This document shows positions 1-12,483 of a stretch of 64,000 nt of DNA, in pieces. Within the stretch, counting starts at the first letter, position 1. Each line of letters begins with the position of its first letter. The position numbers and the translations under genes were made by a program. The notes beneath the pieces were generated by a model. That model saw nothing but the letters and a program-made list of their open reading frames with translations. It was not told the DNA's origin and did not search any database. The DNA comes from Octopus vulgaris (Eukaryota). The stretch lies in NCBI GenBank assembly GCA_951406725.2, contig OX597837.1:9920001-9984000 (forward strand), read 5' to 3'.

Positions 1-346
1 GACCAGTCGTCTCCCCACAAATTTCAGGCCTTGTGCCAAACAGTAGAAAGTATACGTTAGTAACGATCTGGAAGAACAACAACTCAATACCAGGAAGTTG
101 GATAAACAAAGATTTTAAAAGCATATTTTTTGCTAAATTTCTTTGTTGACAGGGACGGGTTCAGCCAAATAAAACTTGAGTCAGTACAAAGTCACTATTA
201 TTATTATCCGAAAAATAACTTTCAAATAACAAAAACAATTTTGACATTTGCGTATGTATGCGTTTGTGATGTTTGACCATCTCTGAGTCGGCTTATCTGT
301 CTGTATGTCTGCTTGCCTACATGTCTATGTATGTATGTATGTATGT

Positions 347-575
347 ACACGGAGTAGATGAAACAGGGACAACTGAAGAAGGGGGGTTATTCCTTGTGTT
401 ATTTGTCCTGTACTCTGTTTTTTCGTTGTTTAAGAAAAATGTCCATTTCCTTGGTTTTGTGTTTATGTTTTCGTTTCTCATTGTGTTCGACGTTTTTTTG
501 GTGTATATATACATATAGATGTAGGTACGTACATATATGTATGTATATATGCATATGTTTTATTTAATTATTATT
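347..575 (+). mobile_element. 5'-truncated copy of non-autonomous HHR-bearing element family P4
   Basis: Aligns with 14206-14605 and 28581-29140 (AGGGACAA-CTGAAGA-AGGG...TTCCTTGTGTT...CATATAGATGTAGGTACGTACATATATG). Confidence 0.75.
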
Positions 576-579
576 TTGT

Positions 580-930
580 TATGTATGTATTATGTATGTA
601 TGTATGTATGCATGTATGTATGCATATATGTACATATGTACGTATGTATGTACGTATATATGTATGTACGTATGTATGTATGCATGTATGTATGCATATA
701 TGTATGTATGTATATATGTATGTATGTACGTATGTATGTATGTATGTATGTATGTATGTATGTATGTATGTATGCATGTATGTATATATGTATGTATGTA
801 TGTATGCATGCATGTATGTATGTATGTATGCATGTATGTATGTATGTGCGTATGTATGTATATATGTATGTACGTATGTACGTATGTATATACGTATGTA
901 TGTATGCATGTATGTATGCATATATGTATG

Positions 931-964
<34 letters not shown>

Positions 965-1091
965 TGTATGTATGTATGTATGTATATATGTATGTATGTA
1001 TGTATGTGTGCATGTATGTACGTATGTATGTATGTATGTACGTATGTATGTAAGTATGTATGTATGCATGTATGTATGTATGTTTGTATGC

Positions 1092-1124
<33 letters not shown>

Positions 1125-1150
1125 TGTATGTATGTATGTATGTATGTATG
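580..1150. repeat. (TATG)n compound microsatellite
   Basis: About 570 bp of TATG with TACG/TGCA/TATA variants; source of the YVCM/HTYI ORFs. Confidence 0.97.
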
Positions 1151-1450
1151 TTTGTTTCGGTCTCCCAGCCTAGTTTAAGAAATATTCAAACTCGAATATT
1201 TACAGAATATATTATTAAGAGATTTATTTCTGGAAAGACATCTTTTCTTTGGGATGGCGTCGACAGAGATGAGAAAAGGAGAGAAGAAGAGTTGAGTGGG
1301 AAACTATAAGAAAACGAGATGAGAAAGAGAGAGAGGGGGTAAAAGAGGGTGAGATAGAGAGATGGAGAAAGAAAGGTTGAGGTTTCAATTGAAGGGGGTT
1401 TCCGTCGGTGATAGTGATGCTCCAAAGTATTTATACTACACACACACGCG

Positions 1451-1532
<82 letters not shown>

Positions 1533-1578
1533 TATATATATATATTTATATATATATACGTATATATATACGTATATA

Positions 1579-1640
<62 letters not shown>

Positions 1641-2444
1641 TGTATATGTATATATGTGTGTAAATATATGTCTAAATATACATTTGTATATGTACATATG
1701 CGCGTGTGTTAGTGTGCACATGTACACATATATGTATATGTATGTTTATGCATATATATTTAAAAAAGGGTATCGAAAGAAAAGGGAGTAGAAGAAGCCG
1801 AAGACGAAGAAGGAGGAGAGGAGGAGGAGAAGAAGAAGAAAGAGAAGAAGAAGTATTGAAGAAGAAGAAGAAGAAGAAGAAGAAGAAGAAGAATGATGTC
1901 GAGAGAAAGGATAGAAGAGATGATAGATGGTGGTGGTGGTGGAGATAGCAGTATGTGGCAGGGCTTGAAACGTGATTATTGCAGAGATGAGGTCAAAGGT
2001 GAAAGGTCAAGGGTGTCTTTGGTGAGATGCGTTAAAACAAACAAGAGGTAAAACAATTAGAGGACAGTAGTAAAGGGAGATAATTATTGATTCGTAAAAG
2101 ATTTGCTGTTGCCATGTTTGCCAGCGTTGAATGGTGGACTTATTAATTATACAGAACGGTTTTTACAAGAAGAGAAACTTTTTTTTTCTTTCTACAGTGA
2201 TGTTTACTGCAAATATATCATTATTATAGACGTGATTATGTGGTCTGCTTTTCAAAGGTAATAATAGAAGATATGCGTATATGTATGTATGTATATACAT
2301 ATATGTGTGTGTGTGTGTGTGTGTAATTATGTATATATATATATGTATATATGTATATATATACACACACACATTTGTGTATATATACATATACCTGGAA
2401 CTATATGGTTCTTTCTCTTCTTACCACACAGCCAAGATATATAC

Positions 2445-2489
<45 letters not shown>

Positions 2490-2636
2490 GGGAGTATAGC
2501 TCCAAACTTACAGGGAAAAATTTGATTTAGTATTAAATTAAATTTCGCAGTATAAATATATTAAATATGAATTAGATATACATAAATATAAATATAAATA
2601 TATAAAATATATATATTTTATATATATATAAAAATG

Positions 2637-3181
2637 ATTATAATCGCTGGTATTTCTAACACAAGCCATATATTTTCCATATATCAGTACATTAAGGCGA
2701 AATATGTGCTAGGAACACAGAAGCTAGATAAATTTAGTGAAATGAAGATAAAAACATTTACTAACTCGGTTACTCTCAGACTGCAGTTTCTTTCTTTTCA
2801 GCAATAAAGATAATTTATTTGCTCAGGGAGAATTCATCAGTAAGAGCCCTGTTGTTCTGAGATCCTAACTCACTAGAAGCATGTGCTTCTAATGATTTAC
2901 TCTCTCTAACTAATCAGATCACTGCGCAGACTCCGAACGTCCCGACAAAACTAGGGATTTCTGGTATATCGTCTAGCGCTCAAAATTTATCGAGAAATAT
3001 GTAAACAAATCAAATTGCGATAAAATAAAAATAATTATAATCGCTGGTATTTCTAACACAAGCCATATATTTTCCATATATCAGTACATTAAGGCGAAAT
3101 ATGTGCTAGGAACACAGAAGCTAGATAAATTTAGTGAAATGAAGATAAAAACATTTACTAACTCGGTTACTCTCAGACTGC

Positions 3182-3182
<1 letters not shown>
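2637..3182 (-). mobile_element. Penelope-like/retrozyme-like non-autonomous element with 149-bp direct terminal repeats
   Basis: 2637-2785 is identical to 3034-3182 (period 397 bp); an HHR overlaps the repeat boundary; the right end abuts (TA)n. Confidence 0.75.
2773..2846 (-). ncRNA. Type I hammerhead ribozyme motif
   Basis: Minus strand: CTCTTA-CTGATGA-[A TTCT..AGCAA..TTGCT..AGAA A]-GAAA-CTGCAG-TC-TGAGAG; 6-bp stem I, palindromic stem III, GUC site. Confidence 0.85.
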
Positions 3183-3277
<95 letters not shown>

Positions 3278-3279
<2 letters not shown>

Positions 3280-3672
3280 CAGAAGGAGCTTCTACAGGAC
3301 TAGAACTGTTTCATTCAAGAGAAATCTTCAGGAAGCTAGTTAACAAGAATTGTATAGGCATTTATACATTTAGGCAGGTTTATAGGGGTGGTGGTGGGGG
3401 ACTTTTTGGGGGTAGGCATAGCGCAAAAAAATCATACTTGGGGGAGTGGTCAAGGAGTCAGTGGTAAATTAGATAGAAGAATAAATAAAAGAATAAAAAA
3501 AGAATAAAAAAATAAAAAAATATAAAATTATATAGAAGAATAGAGTTTTAGGTAAATAAGGAAATTCTCAACACACACACATATACATACACACATACAT
3601 ACACACACACCCATATATATATATATATATACACACACACATATACATACATATATCTACATATATATATCC

Positions 3673-3704
<32 letters not shown>

Positions 3705-3815
3705 ATCCATATATATATATATACATATACATATACATACATACACATATACATGCATATACATATACACACACACATGTATATATACACACACACGACC
3801 ACACATACACATACA
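3278..3815 (-). mobile_element. Left arm of inverted duplication; HHR-bearing element family P3
   Basis: Reverse complement of about 4601-5143, including the adjoining microsatellite pattern. Confidence 0.85.
3287..3337 (-). ncRNA. Type I hammerhead ribozyme motif
   Basis: Reverse complement of 5085-5135. Confidence 0.8.
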
Positions 3816-3825
3816 CACATATATG

Positions 3826-3884
<59 letters not shown>

Positions 3885-4412
3885 GTGTGTGTGTATATGT
3901 GTATGTATATGTATATATGTGTGTATATATATGTATGTATGTATTTGTATGTAGGTGTATATGTATGTGTGTATATATATTTGGTGTATATGTATAGACT
4001 AGTCTTCTAAGATTGTAGACATGAATCTGTAGGTACGCGTATGTTTGTGTATATACGTGTATGTAGATGTATGTATGTATGAATATAACGCGTGCGTGCG
4101 TATATGTGTATGAGTGTACGAATGAGAGTGTGTGTGCGTGCTAATGAGTGTGCGTGCGTGAGTGAGTGCTTGTGCTCAAGTAGAAAGATAAAAGGGACTA
4201 GCCAAGATGTTTGTGACCAGCGGTCAAAGATAACAAAAGTAATAAATGAAGATAATAAAATTAAAATTAGGGAATGGGTTTGTAATTGTATGTACATATG
4301 TGTGTATGTGTAGGTATGAATAGGTACACATATGTATGTATGTATGTGTATATATATGTATGTGTGTGTGTGTGTATACATACATATATGTGTGTGAATG
4401 GGTACACATATG

Positions 4413-4475
<63 letters not shown>

Positions 4476-4600
4476 ATACATACATATATGTGTATATGTA
4501 TATATGAGTATATAGGGACTTGTGTGTTGTGTGTGCATGTGTGTATGTAGATATGTGTGTGTATGTGAGTATGTGTATGTGTGTGTATGTATATATTTTT

Positions 4601-4686
4601 TTTGTGTGTATGTGTATGTGTGGTCGTGTATGTGTATATATACATGTGTGTGTGTATATGTATATGCATGTATATGTGTATGTATG

Positions 4687-4717
<31 letters not shown>

Positions 4718-4738
4718 GGATATATATATGTAGATATA

Positions 4739-4814
<76 letters not shown>

Positions 4815-5218
4815 TGTGTGTATGTATGTGTGTATGTATATGTGTGTGTGTTGAGAATTTCCTTATTTACCTAAAACTCTATTCTTCTATATAATTTTAT
4901 ATTTTTTTATTTTTTTATTCTTTTTTTATTCTTTTATTTATTCTTCTATCTAATTTACCACTGACTCCTTGACCACTCCCCCAAGTATGATTTTTTTGCG
5001 CTATGCCTACCCCCAAAAAGTCCCCCACCACCACCCCTATAAACCTGCCTAAATGTATAAATGCCAATACAATTCTTGTTAACTAGCTTCCTGAAGATTT
5101 CTCTTGAATGAAACAGTTCTAGTCCTGTAGAAGCTCCTTCTATATAATAAATTAATTTTACTCTGCTATGTATTGAGTACCTTATTTACTGTGGTTAACC
5201 CCGAATCAACCCGGGACC
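4601..5218 (+). mobile_element. Right arm of inverted duplication; HHR-bearing element family P3
   Basis: Near-perfect inverted copy of 3278-3815 plus a further ~75-bp unique 3' end. Confidence 0.85.
5085..5135 (+). ncRNA. Type I hammerhead ribozyme motif
   Basis: AGCTTC-CTGAAGA-T TTC TCTT GAA T-GAAA-CAG ttctagtc CTG-TA-GAAGCT; 6-bp stem I, 4-bp stem III, GUA site, weak stem II. Confidence 0.8.
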
Positions 5219-5245
5219 TACATATATATATATATATATATATCG

Positions 5246-5300
5246 TGGTGTGTGGCAAGAAGAGAAACTGAAGGAAACACATCGGATATGTGTATATATG

Positions 5301-5363
<63 letters not shown>

Positions 5364-5562
5364 TTATGTATTCGAGTGTCAATGTTTGTCCTCCACCATC
5401 GCTTGACAACTGATGTTGGTGTATTTATGTCCCCGTAACTTTGCGGTTCGGCAAAAGAGACGATAGAATATGTACTAGGCTTACATAGAATAGGGCCTGG
5501 GGTCGATCTGTTCGACTAAAGGTGGTGCTCCAGCACGACCGCAGTCAAATGACTGAAACAAA
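5246..5562 (+). mobile_element. SINE family A, degenerate and internally deleted
   Basis: 3' half ATCGCTTGACAAC...GGTGCTCCAGCA...CAGTCAAATGACTGAAACA matches full copies. Confidence 0.8.
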
Positions 5563-5624
5563 CATAATAATAAAAGTATATATATATATATATATATATA
5601 AACACACGCACATACATATATATA

Positions 5625-5672
<48 letters not shown>

Positions 5673-5685
5673 CATATGCATATAA

Positions 5686-5728
<43 letters not shown>

Positions 5729-5814
5729 CATATATGTATATACATACATATATATACATATATATATACATATGTATATATATATAAACATATACATATA
5801 TATATATATACAAT

Positions 5815-5877
<63 letters not shown>

Positions 5878-6249
5878 TACATATAGTGTATATATGTGTG
5901 TACATCTATACGCATACACATATGGATTCATACATGTATATCTGCGTACATGTAGCTGTGTAGGTATCACAAATACACACACATACACACACACACATAA
6001 ATACACACACGCGCGCACGCACACACACACACACACTGTTCTATAAAGCGGTGCGTTTATTAAGATAAATACTTAAATATTTCTTCTAACCTCCATAATT
6101 ACAGAGGACATTTACAATATTTATATATATGCACTAGATTTCGATTGGTTTGGCGCCAAACGACTTCAGGTCTCACATTTCTAAATACGTCCATGCACTA
6201 CTGGCTTGACGGATAACAACTGCATAATAATATGTATGAAAACATACAT

Positions 6250-6286
<37 letters not shown>

Positions 6287-6401
6287 TGTGTTTGAAAGTA
6301 TATAGATATAGACGAACATGATGAGGAACGAGCTTGTCCGTATGCTCTTCCGTGTGTTCCTTTGTCGATATGCTGTGGAAAATTTGCTCTGATATACATA
6401 C

Positions 6402-6443
<42 letters not shown>

Positions 6444-6446
<3 letters not shown>

Positions 6447-6760
6447 ATCAAAATAAGCAACAAGAATGACTCCGGTAATTTGGTACGATCGTTTCGTACT
6501 ACATCATTTTATTAAGTGTTGTAAGTATTACAACAGTTTTAAAATGCTGAGCACTCATCAGCCAATTATAGAGGTTTGCCATTAATACAAGAATTTTCAT
6601 ATCAAGTGGCAATATTATAGAGAAGGTAGATAATTACCGGAGTCATTCTTGTTGCTTACTTTGATTATAATCACCCCACGGATTTTTATGGATAACACCA
6701 TACAGAATTCTGGTGCATCTAAATTAAGTACCATATTCATTTGAATCTAAATTTTTGCTG
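6444..6760 (-). mobile_element. Fold-back Penelope-like end with 37-bp inverted repeats and an HHR
   Basis: 6444-6480 is inverted at 6632-6668; flanked by (TA)n on both sides. Confidence 0.75.
6480..6565 (-). ncRNA. Type I hammerhead ribozyme motif with long stem II
   Basis: Minus strand: TTGG-CTGATGA-GTGC...TGTTGTAA tac TTACAACA...GTAC-GAAA-CGATCG-TA-CCAA; palindromic stem III, GUA site. Confidence 0.88.
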
Positions 6761-6761
6761 A

Positions 6762-6839
<78 letters not shown>

Positions 6840-6845
6840 GAGCAA

Positions 6846-6953
6846 ACCCCCCCCCCGTCCAATGGATGGTGCTGAGTTGTCAAACATTTAAACCAAATTT
6901 TCTCAAAACAACTTGTCCGACCGTCCCATAGGCCTCCCCTTTGAGAAACACTG
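6846..6953. mobile_element. hAT-like MITE end fragment
   Basis: Ends in TTTGAGAAACACTG (reverse complement CAGTGTTTCTCAAA), a typical hAT-Charlie TIR; partner end not seen. Confidence 0.4.
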
Positions 6954-7550
6954 ATTTAACCTAAATTTGAGACACCAGCAAAAGAAAAAATAAAGATAAA
7001 CTTTTTCTCTATTCCAAAGAAAAACGATTTTATTCACACAAATATGTAACCGAAGAGTTTAAAGTACCAGTAATGATACGGTTGTTGACTGGGAGAACAC
7101 AAACATGGTTTAAACAGTAAGCTTGGCAGGAAAGAAACCTGCCTTGCATTCTTCTCGTGTACGCGTACTATCGATCGCAAAAGATGATGTACCTGCGCGT
7201 ATAAATGCACGTTCCCAGGGCTTTATCGATCGCATTCGTATTTGTAAAGTTTAATTGTAAAGTTAATTGTAAAGTTTAATCGTAAAGGTATTCACTTTTC
7301 GTCTCGCAGTGGGGGCGAGATGGCCGTCTCATTTGCATCATTTATACAGTCATTTCATTATCATTTTCCATTCGTTTTTATGTCCCCGCATGTCAGTTGT
7401 ATGTCCCTCTGTATTTAGGCCTTGCGCCTATAATAAAGAGAAAATCTGTGTTTAGTAGGGTGTCTTCAAGTGCTGTTAAAAGCCGTCTCCTTCAGCTGGA
7501 ATAGAAAAAGGTGAAAGGTCAGTTTATTAAATGCATAGTAAAGATCTATT

Positions 7551-7885
7551 TCTTCTTCTTCTGTTTCGTAGTGCATCGTTCTCCCATAAAGACGTACTCT
7601 GTGGTCTCAGCAGTGAGCGGTGGAAATGCGTGTGACTCCGCAACCCAAAGCCGGAATCACAGGTTGGACACTGGTAGTATGTGACCAGGACCGAGGATAA
7701 TGTGGCCCAGTAACGCCGTCTATCCTGCTCGATTGCAGTTACAGCAGTGTTGGTGATTGACCTCCGGGTAGCCCTGTTTGTGACTGCGGTCCCGAGTTTG
7801 CAGGGCCGGATGTCACACCACTTCAGGTTGCCCTTCAGGAGGGACCTTATACCTCAGATTTATAAACAACCTAGACCACGTTTAA
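7551..7885 (-). pseudogene. RTE-clade LINE 3' end relic
   Basis: Frameshifted minus-strand translation LRYK/LLKGNLKWCDIRPCKLGTAVTNRATRRSIT...YQCPTC-DSGFGLRSHTHFH resembles the RTE C-terminus with zinc finger; followed by a short UTR and (GAA)n tail. Confidence 0.72.
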
Positions 7886-7937
7886 CAAGCTCTCTTACAG
7901 GAGTCTCGAAACTTCTGGAATGCACATTGTATGCATA

Positions 7938-8346
7938 TACTCTTTACTCTTTTACTTGTTTCAGTCATTTGACTGTGTCCATGCTGGAGCACCGCCTTTA
8001 GTCGAGCAAATCGACCCCAGGACTTATTCTTTGGAAGCCTTGTACTTATTCTATCGATCTCGTTTGCCGAATCGCTAAGTTACGGGGACGTAAACACACC
8101 AGCATCGATTGTCAAGCGATGTTGGGAGGACAAACACAGACACACAAACACACACATACATACACACATATACATATACATATATACGACGGGCTTCTTT
8201 CAGTTTCTGTCTACCAAATCCACTCACAAGGCTTTGGTCGGCCCGAGGCTATAGCAGAAGACACTTGCCTAAGGTGCCACGCAGTGGGACTGAACCCGGA
8301 CCATGTGGTTGGTAAGCAAGCTACTTACCACACCGCCACTCCTACG
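7938..8346 (-). mobile_element. tRNA-derived SINE family A, full length
   Basis: Head with A box (TGGCGGTGTGG here) and B box GGTTCAGTCC; CORE-like CCTTRGGCAAGTG; internal microsatellite; (AAAGAGTA)n tail. Confidence 0.9.
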
Positions 8347-8621
8347 TATATAATTAGAAATGCACGTATGCGTGCATGTATGTGTGTGTGTGTAATCGTG
8401 CGTTAGCTCCTTGGCAGCGCCAGTTTTAGAAGAGCATTAATTAAAGGCGTTCCTAAAATACAATCCGTATTTATTGGCACATTGTACAATGCGTCATCAT
8501 CGTTTTATAAAGGCAGCCGAGCGTGACGAAGGGGAAGACTCCAATGTTTATCCAGTGCACAGTGGCCATCTTGTTTAATTGCTTGCAAAATTGTGTGTAT
8601 GTTTGTATAATAAATAAGACA

Positions 8622-8689
<68 letters not shown>

Positions 8690-8842
8690 AAGGAGATCAC
8701 ATACGTATGTATATCAATATGTGTGTGAGCGCGTGTATATGTAAATATATGTGTGTGTGCATGTATGTTGTGTATATGTGTGTGAATGCATATATATGTA
8801 TATATGTGTGTCAGTGTGTGTATGTATGTATATGTATATGTA

Positions 8843-8886
<44 letters not shown>

Positions 8887-8913
8887 CTGTGTGCATGTAT
8901 GTCTATGTATATG

Positions 8914-8967
<54 letters not shown>

Positions 8968-9030
8968 ATATATGTATACATATATATGTATATGTATATA
9001 TGTGTGTGTGTGTGTGTATGTATGTATTTA

Positions 9031-9207
9031 TAGTTAATCCAAACATGAACAAAGAGAAAACACAACAACACGAGGACGTGGAACAAATATAGTATTATTG
9101 GACGCTCAGGGAAGGAAAGAAAGAAGGAGGATTTAACGTTTCGAGCGGAGCTCTTCGTCAGAAACATAGTAAAAGGAAAGGTCCAAGGAAAAGAAGACGG
9201 AGAAATA
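9031..9207 (-). mobile_element. Non-autonomous HHR-bearing element family P2
   Basis: Reverse complement of 45541-45722; embedded in microsatellite. Confidence 0.8.
9131..9165 (-). ncRNA. Minimal type I hammerhead motif
   Basis: GTTT-CTGACGA-A-GAGC TCC GCTC-GAAA-CG-TT-AAAT; loopless palindromic stem III (AACGTT). Confidence 0.72.
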
Positions 9208-9223
9208 TTTGTATATATGTATG

Positions 9224-9300
<77 letters not shown>

Positions 9301-9827
9301 ATTTGCGTGTATGTATGTGTATGTATATAGATATATGTATATGTATATGTAAGTATGTGTATATATATATGTGGGTGTATGGGGTGGGTATAAATGTAAG
9401 TTTTATTATATTGTATATGTGTGTTTGTATATGTGTCTGTCTAAAAATCTCACAGAGGTTGACCTTGCTCTTCATCTGGTCGGGGAACGATAAAATATGT
9501 ACCAGTAAAATATAGGAGTCGATATTATCGACTTAACCACTACCACACACCCCTTCAAAATTGCTGACATTGTCTTTGAATTAGAAAAAATTGTGTATGT
9601 ACGTGTGTGTATGTGTGTGTGTCAGTAATAGTACTCTAAAGTAAAGATTTTTGCCAATATAATGTGGCAGTCCCGGTTAGGACGAATGTTACTGTTATTT
9701 AGCCCCAGGAAGCATCGTAACTGAATATCTCTCTTTGAGAGATTTAGAAATAAGAATTTTTCTAGTTCATTAGATCAGTAACTGTGTGTCACTTGAAATC
9801 CCAAACAACATCTATTTTAGTGCTGTT

Positions 9828-9899
9828 GACACCGATGGATTGAATGGTACTGCCCAGGTGTCGAAACCATAATGATATCCGTGGGGCAGCTGATGAAGG
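9828..9899 (+). ncRNA. Candidate permuted/pseudoknotted hammerhead-like motif (family P5)
   Basis: GACACC..ATGGAT..ATGG-TA-CTGCCC-a-GGTGTC-GAAA-CCAT..ATCCGT-g-GGGCAG-CTGATGA; all core nucleotides and helix partners are present in non-standard order. Confidence 0.65.
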
Positions 9900-10098
9900 A
9901 GATATGTTGGATAGTTGGTATAGCTGTTTTTGTATGTGTGGAATAGTATTATAACACAGCGTTTTGATATATTTTCGAACAGGAATTTAGCAACGCCATT
10001 TCTATTACACAACAAAATATGCTTCAACACACGAATTCACATAAAGAATCTTTCACACCAAATACAAAAATTTTATACATATATATATATATATGTGT

Positions 10099-10169
<71 letters not shown>

Positions 10170-10290
10170 TGTGTGTATTTCGGAATGGTCATTTTGCCAG
10201 TTTAGCCAAAAAAAACACACGCACTATATATTTGGGGTTATTTTGCTTCAGTGTTATTTATTTTTTTACATTAATCTTAATCTTATTTCG

Positions 10291-10333
10291 GCCAGAGTTC
10301 TTTCGTCACACTCCTGTGACCGCATCAGTGGTC
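10291..10333 (-). ncRNA. Variant minimal hammerhead motif within a repeat fragment (~10175-10390)
   Basis: Minus strand: CCA-CTGATGC-G-GTCACA ggag TGTGAC-GAAA-G aa C-TC-TGG; core A9 is replaced by C. Confidence 0.5.
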
Positions 10334-10513
10334 CTTTGTTTTCTTCTTTCTTATTTGTGTCTCTCCTTACTAACCGTCAGCCATTTTGTATTTATATATA
10401 TATATATATGTATGTATGTATATATGTAGTATGTATGTATGTATGTATGTATGTATGTATGTATGTATGTATGTATATATGTATGTATGTATGTATATAT
10501 GTATGTATGTATG

Positions 10514-10547
<34 letters not shown>

Positions 10548-11215
10548 GTATGTATGTATGTATGTATATATGTATGTATGTGTGTATGTATGTATGTATA
10601 TATGTATGTATGTATGTGTGTGTGTATGTATGTATGTATGTGTGTGTGTATGTATGTATGTATGTATGTATGTATGCATGCACGTACGTATGAATGTATG
10701 TATATGTATGTATGCATGTATGTATGTACGTATTAATAGATCGATAGATAGAGAGACAGAAAAATGGAGAGACATGTGTATATGTGCTTGTATGTGTGCG
10801 TGTGTGTGCGTGTGCGCACGCGCATTGTGTCTTTGTGCGAACATGTATGTCGGTGGCCATGTTACAAACAAAAATTCTACTCAAGTTTACAGTTTTTTCT
10901 TACGATTTGAAATCATTATTGCTGTTGTCGCTGTTGCTGTTGCTGTTGTTGTTGTTGTTGTTGTTGTTGCTGTTGTTGTTGGCGTCGTCGTCGTTGTTGT
11001 TATTATCTAAGTAAAATCTAGAGAAAGGGGGACATTCAGAAACACCCCCACCACCACCACCACCACTCACAAACAGGTAAGATCAGGTATGATTAATACC
11101 GCTAACGTTTTTTACTTACGCACTTACAAATTGCCAACAGGTAAATATTTGCACACAGACATACATATGTGTCCATGTTTGCGTATGTATGTGTATAAAT
11201 ATATACATATATATG

Positions 11216-11259
<44 letters not shown>

Positions 11260-11260
11260 C

Positions 11261-11307
<47 letters not shown>

Positions 11308-11523
11308 CAAATATATGTATATATATATGAGTGTGTATGTGTGTGAGTGTGTATAAAATATATATCTATGTATATTTGTCTATAATCGTCAGTTGACGCA
11401 GTCGTCCAGACACAAGATTACGAATACAAAGAGACATTTATTTACATACAAACATGTTAAAATCTACATATATACATACAAATAGCTTGCAAATATATAC
11501 CGTATATATTACCTTAATATTAT

Positions 11524-11578
<55 letters not shown>

Positions 11579-12081
11579 TGTGTGTATTTATGTATGTATT
11601 TATAAATACATTTTGCATAAAGGATTTACCAGATCATAAAAAAGATACGCCAAGAGGCTTTTAACGTGGGTAAGTTTACACCTGTTTCCGTGTCTGTGTT
11701 TGTGTGTTCGCATATGTGTTTGTATGTGTGCATTGGCATAATAGTATATTAATGTTATTGATGTGGTTGATCCAATAGACTTATATTTAAATACGTTCCA
11801 GCTGTGACCATCCAGTCTTTTATTCAAGCATAATCTATAGCTCTCTGTGTATGGTGTTTGTTTGTTTGTTTGTTTGTTTGCTTTCGATAGCAGGATATGG
11901 TTTGAGGGAGTGTTGGTCGTTATATCTAGGAAGTTCATTGAATGCACGGAGACCGGATCCCTTGTTAACATCTGTTTATACGAGTCTGTGTGTGTGTGTG
12001 TGTGTGTGTGAGAGAATCAGAGACAGAATGAAAAGATTATGTATTTATGTATACATTGCATTTCTGTTCCAGTTATATATT

Positions 12082-12118
<37 letters not shown>

Positions 12119-12227
12119 CTGTGTGTGTGTGTATGTATATTCATACATACATACATACATTTATCACATACATACTTATATATATTATTATATATATATA
12201 TATATGTCTTTGTCTATCAATTTATAT

Positions 12228-12281
<54 letters not shown>

Positions 12282-12483
12282 TATGTATATATATATACTA
12301 TATATATACATATATATACATATATATATGTATATATATATATATTTGTCTTTTTATATTTATATATGTATATATATGTATATGTATATATATGTATATA
12401 TATATGTATATACATATATGTCTATATATATGTATATATATATGTATATATATATGTGTATATATATGTATATATATATATAT

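Noticed and set aside
11668-11692. Minus-strand GAAA-CAGGTG-TA half-hammerhead
   Set aside because: No core strand or second copy in the window to support it.
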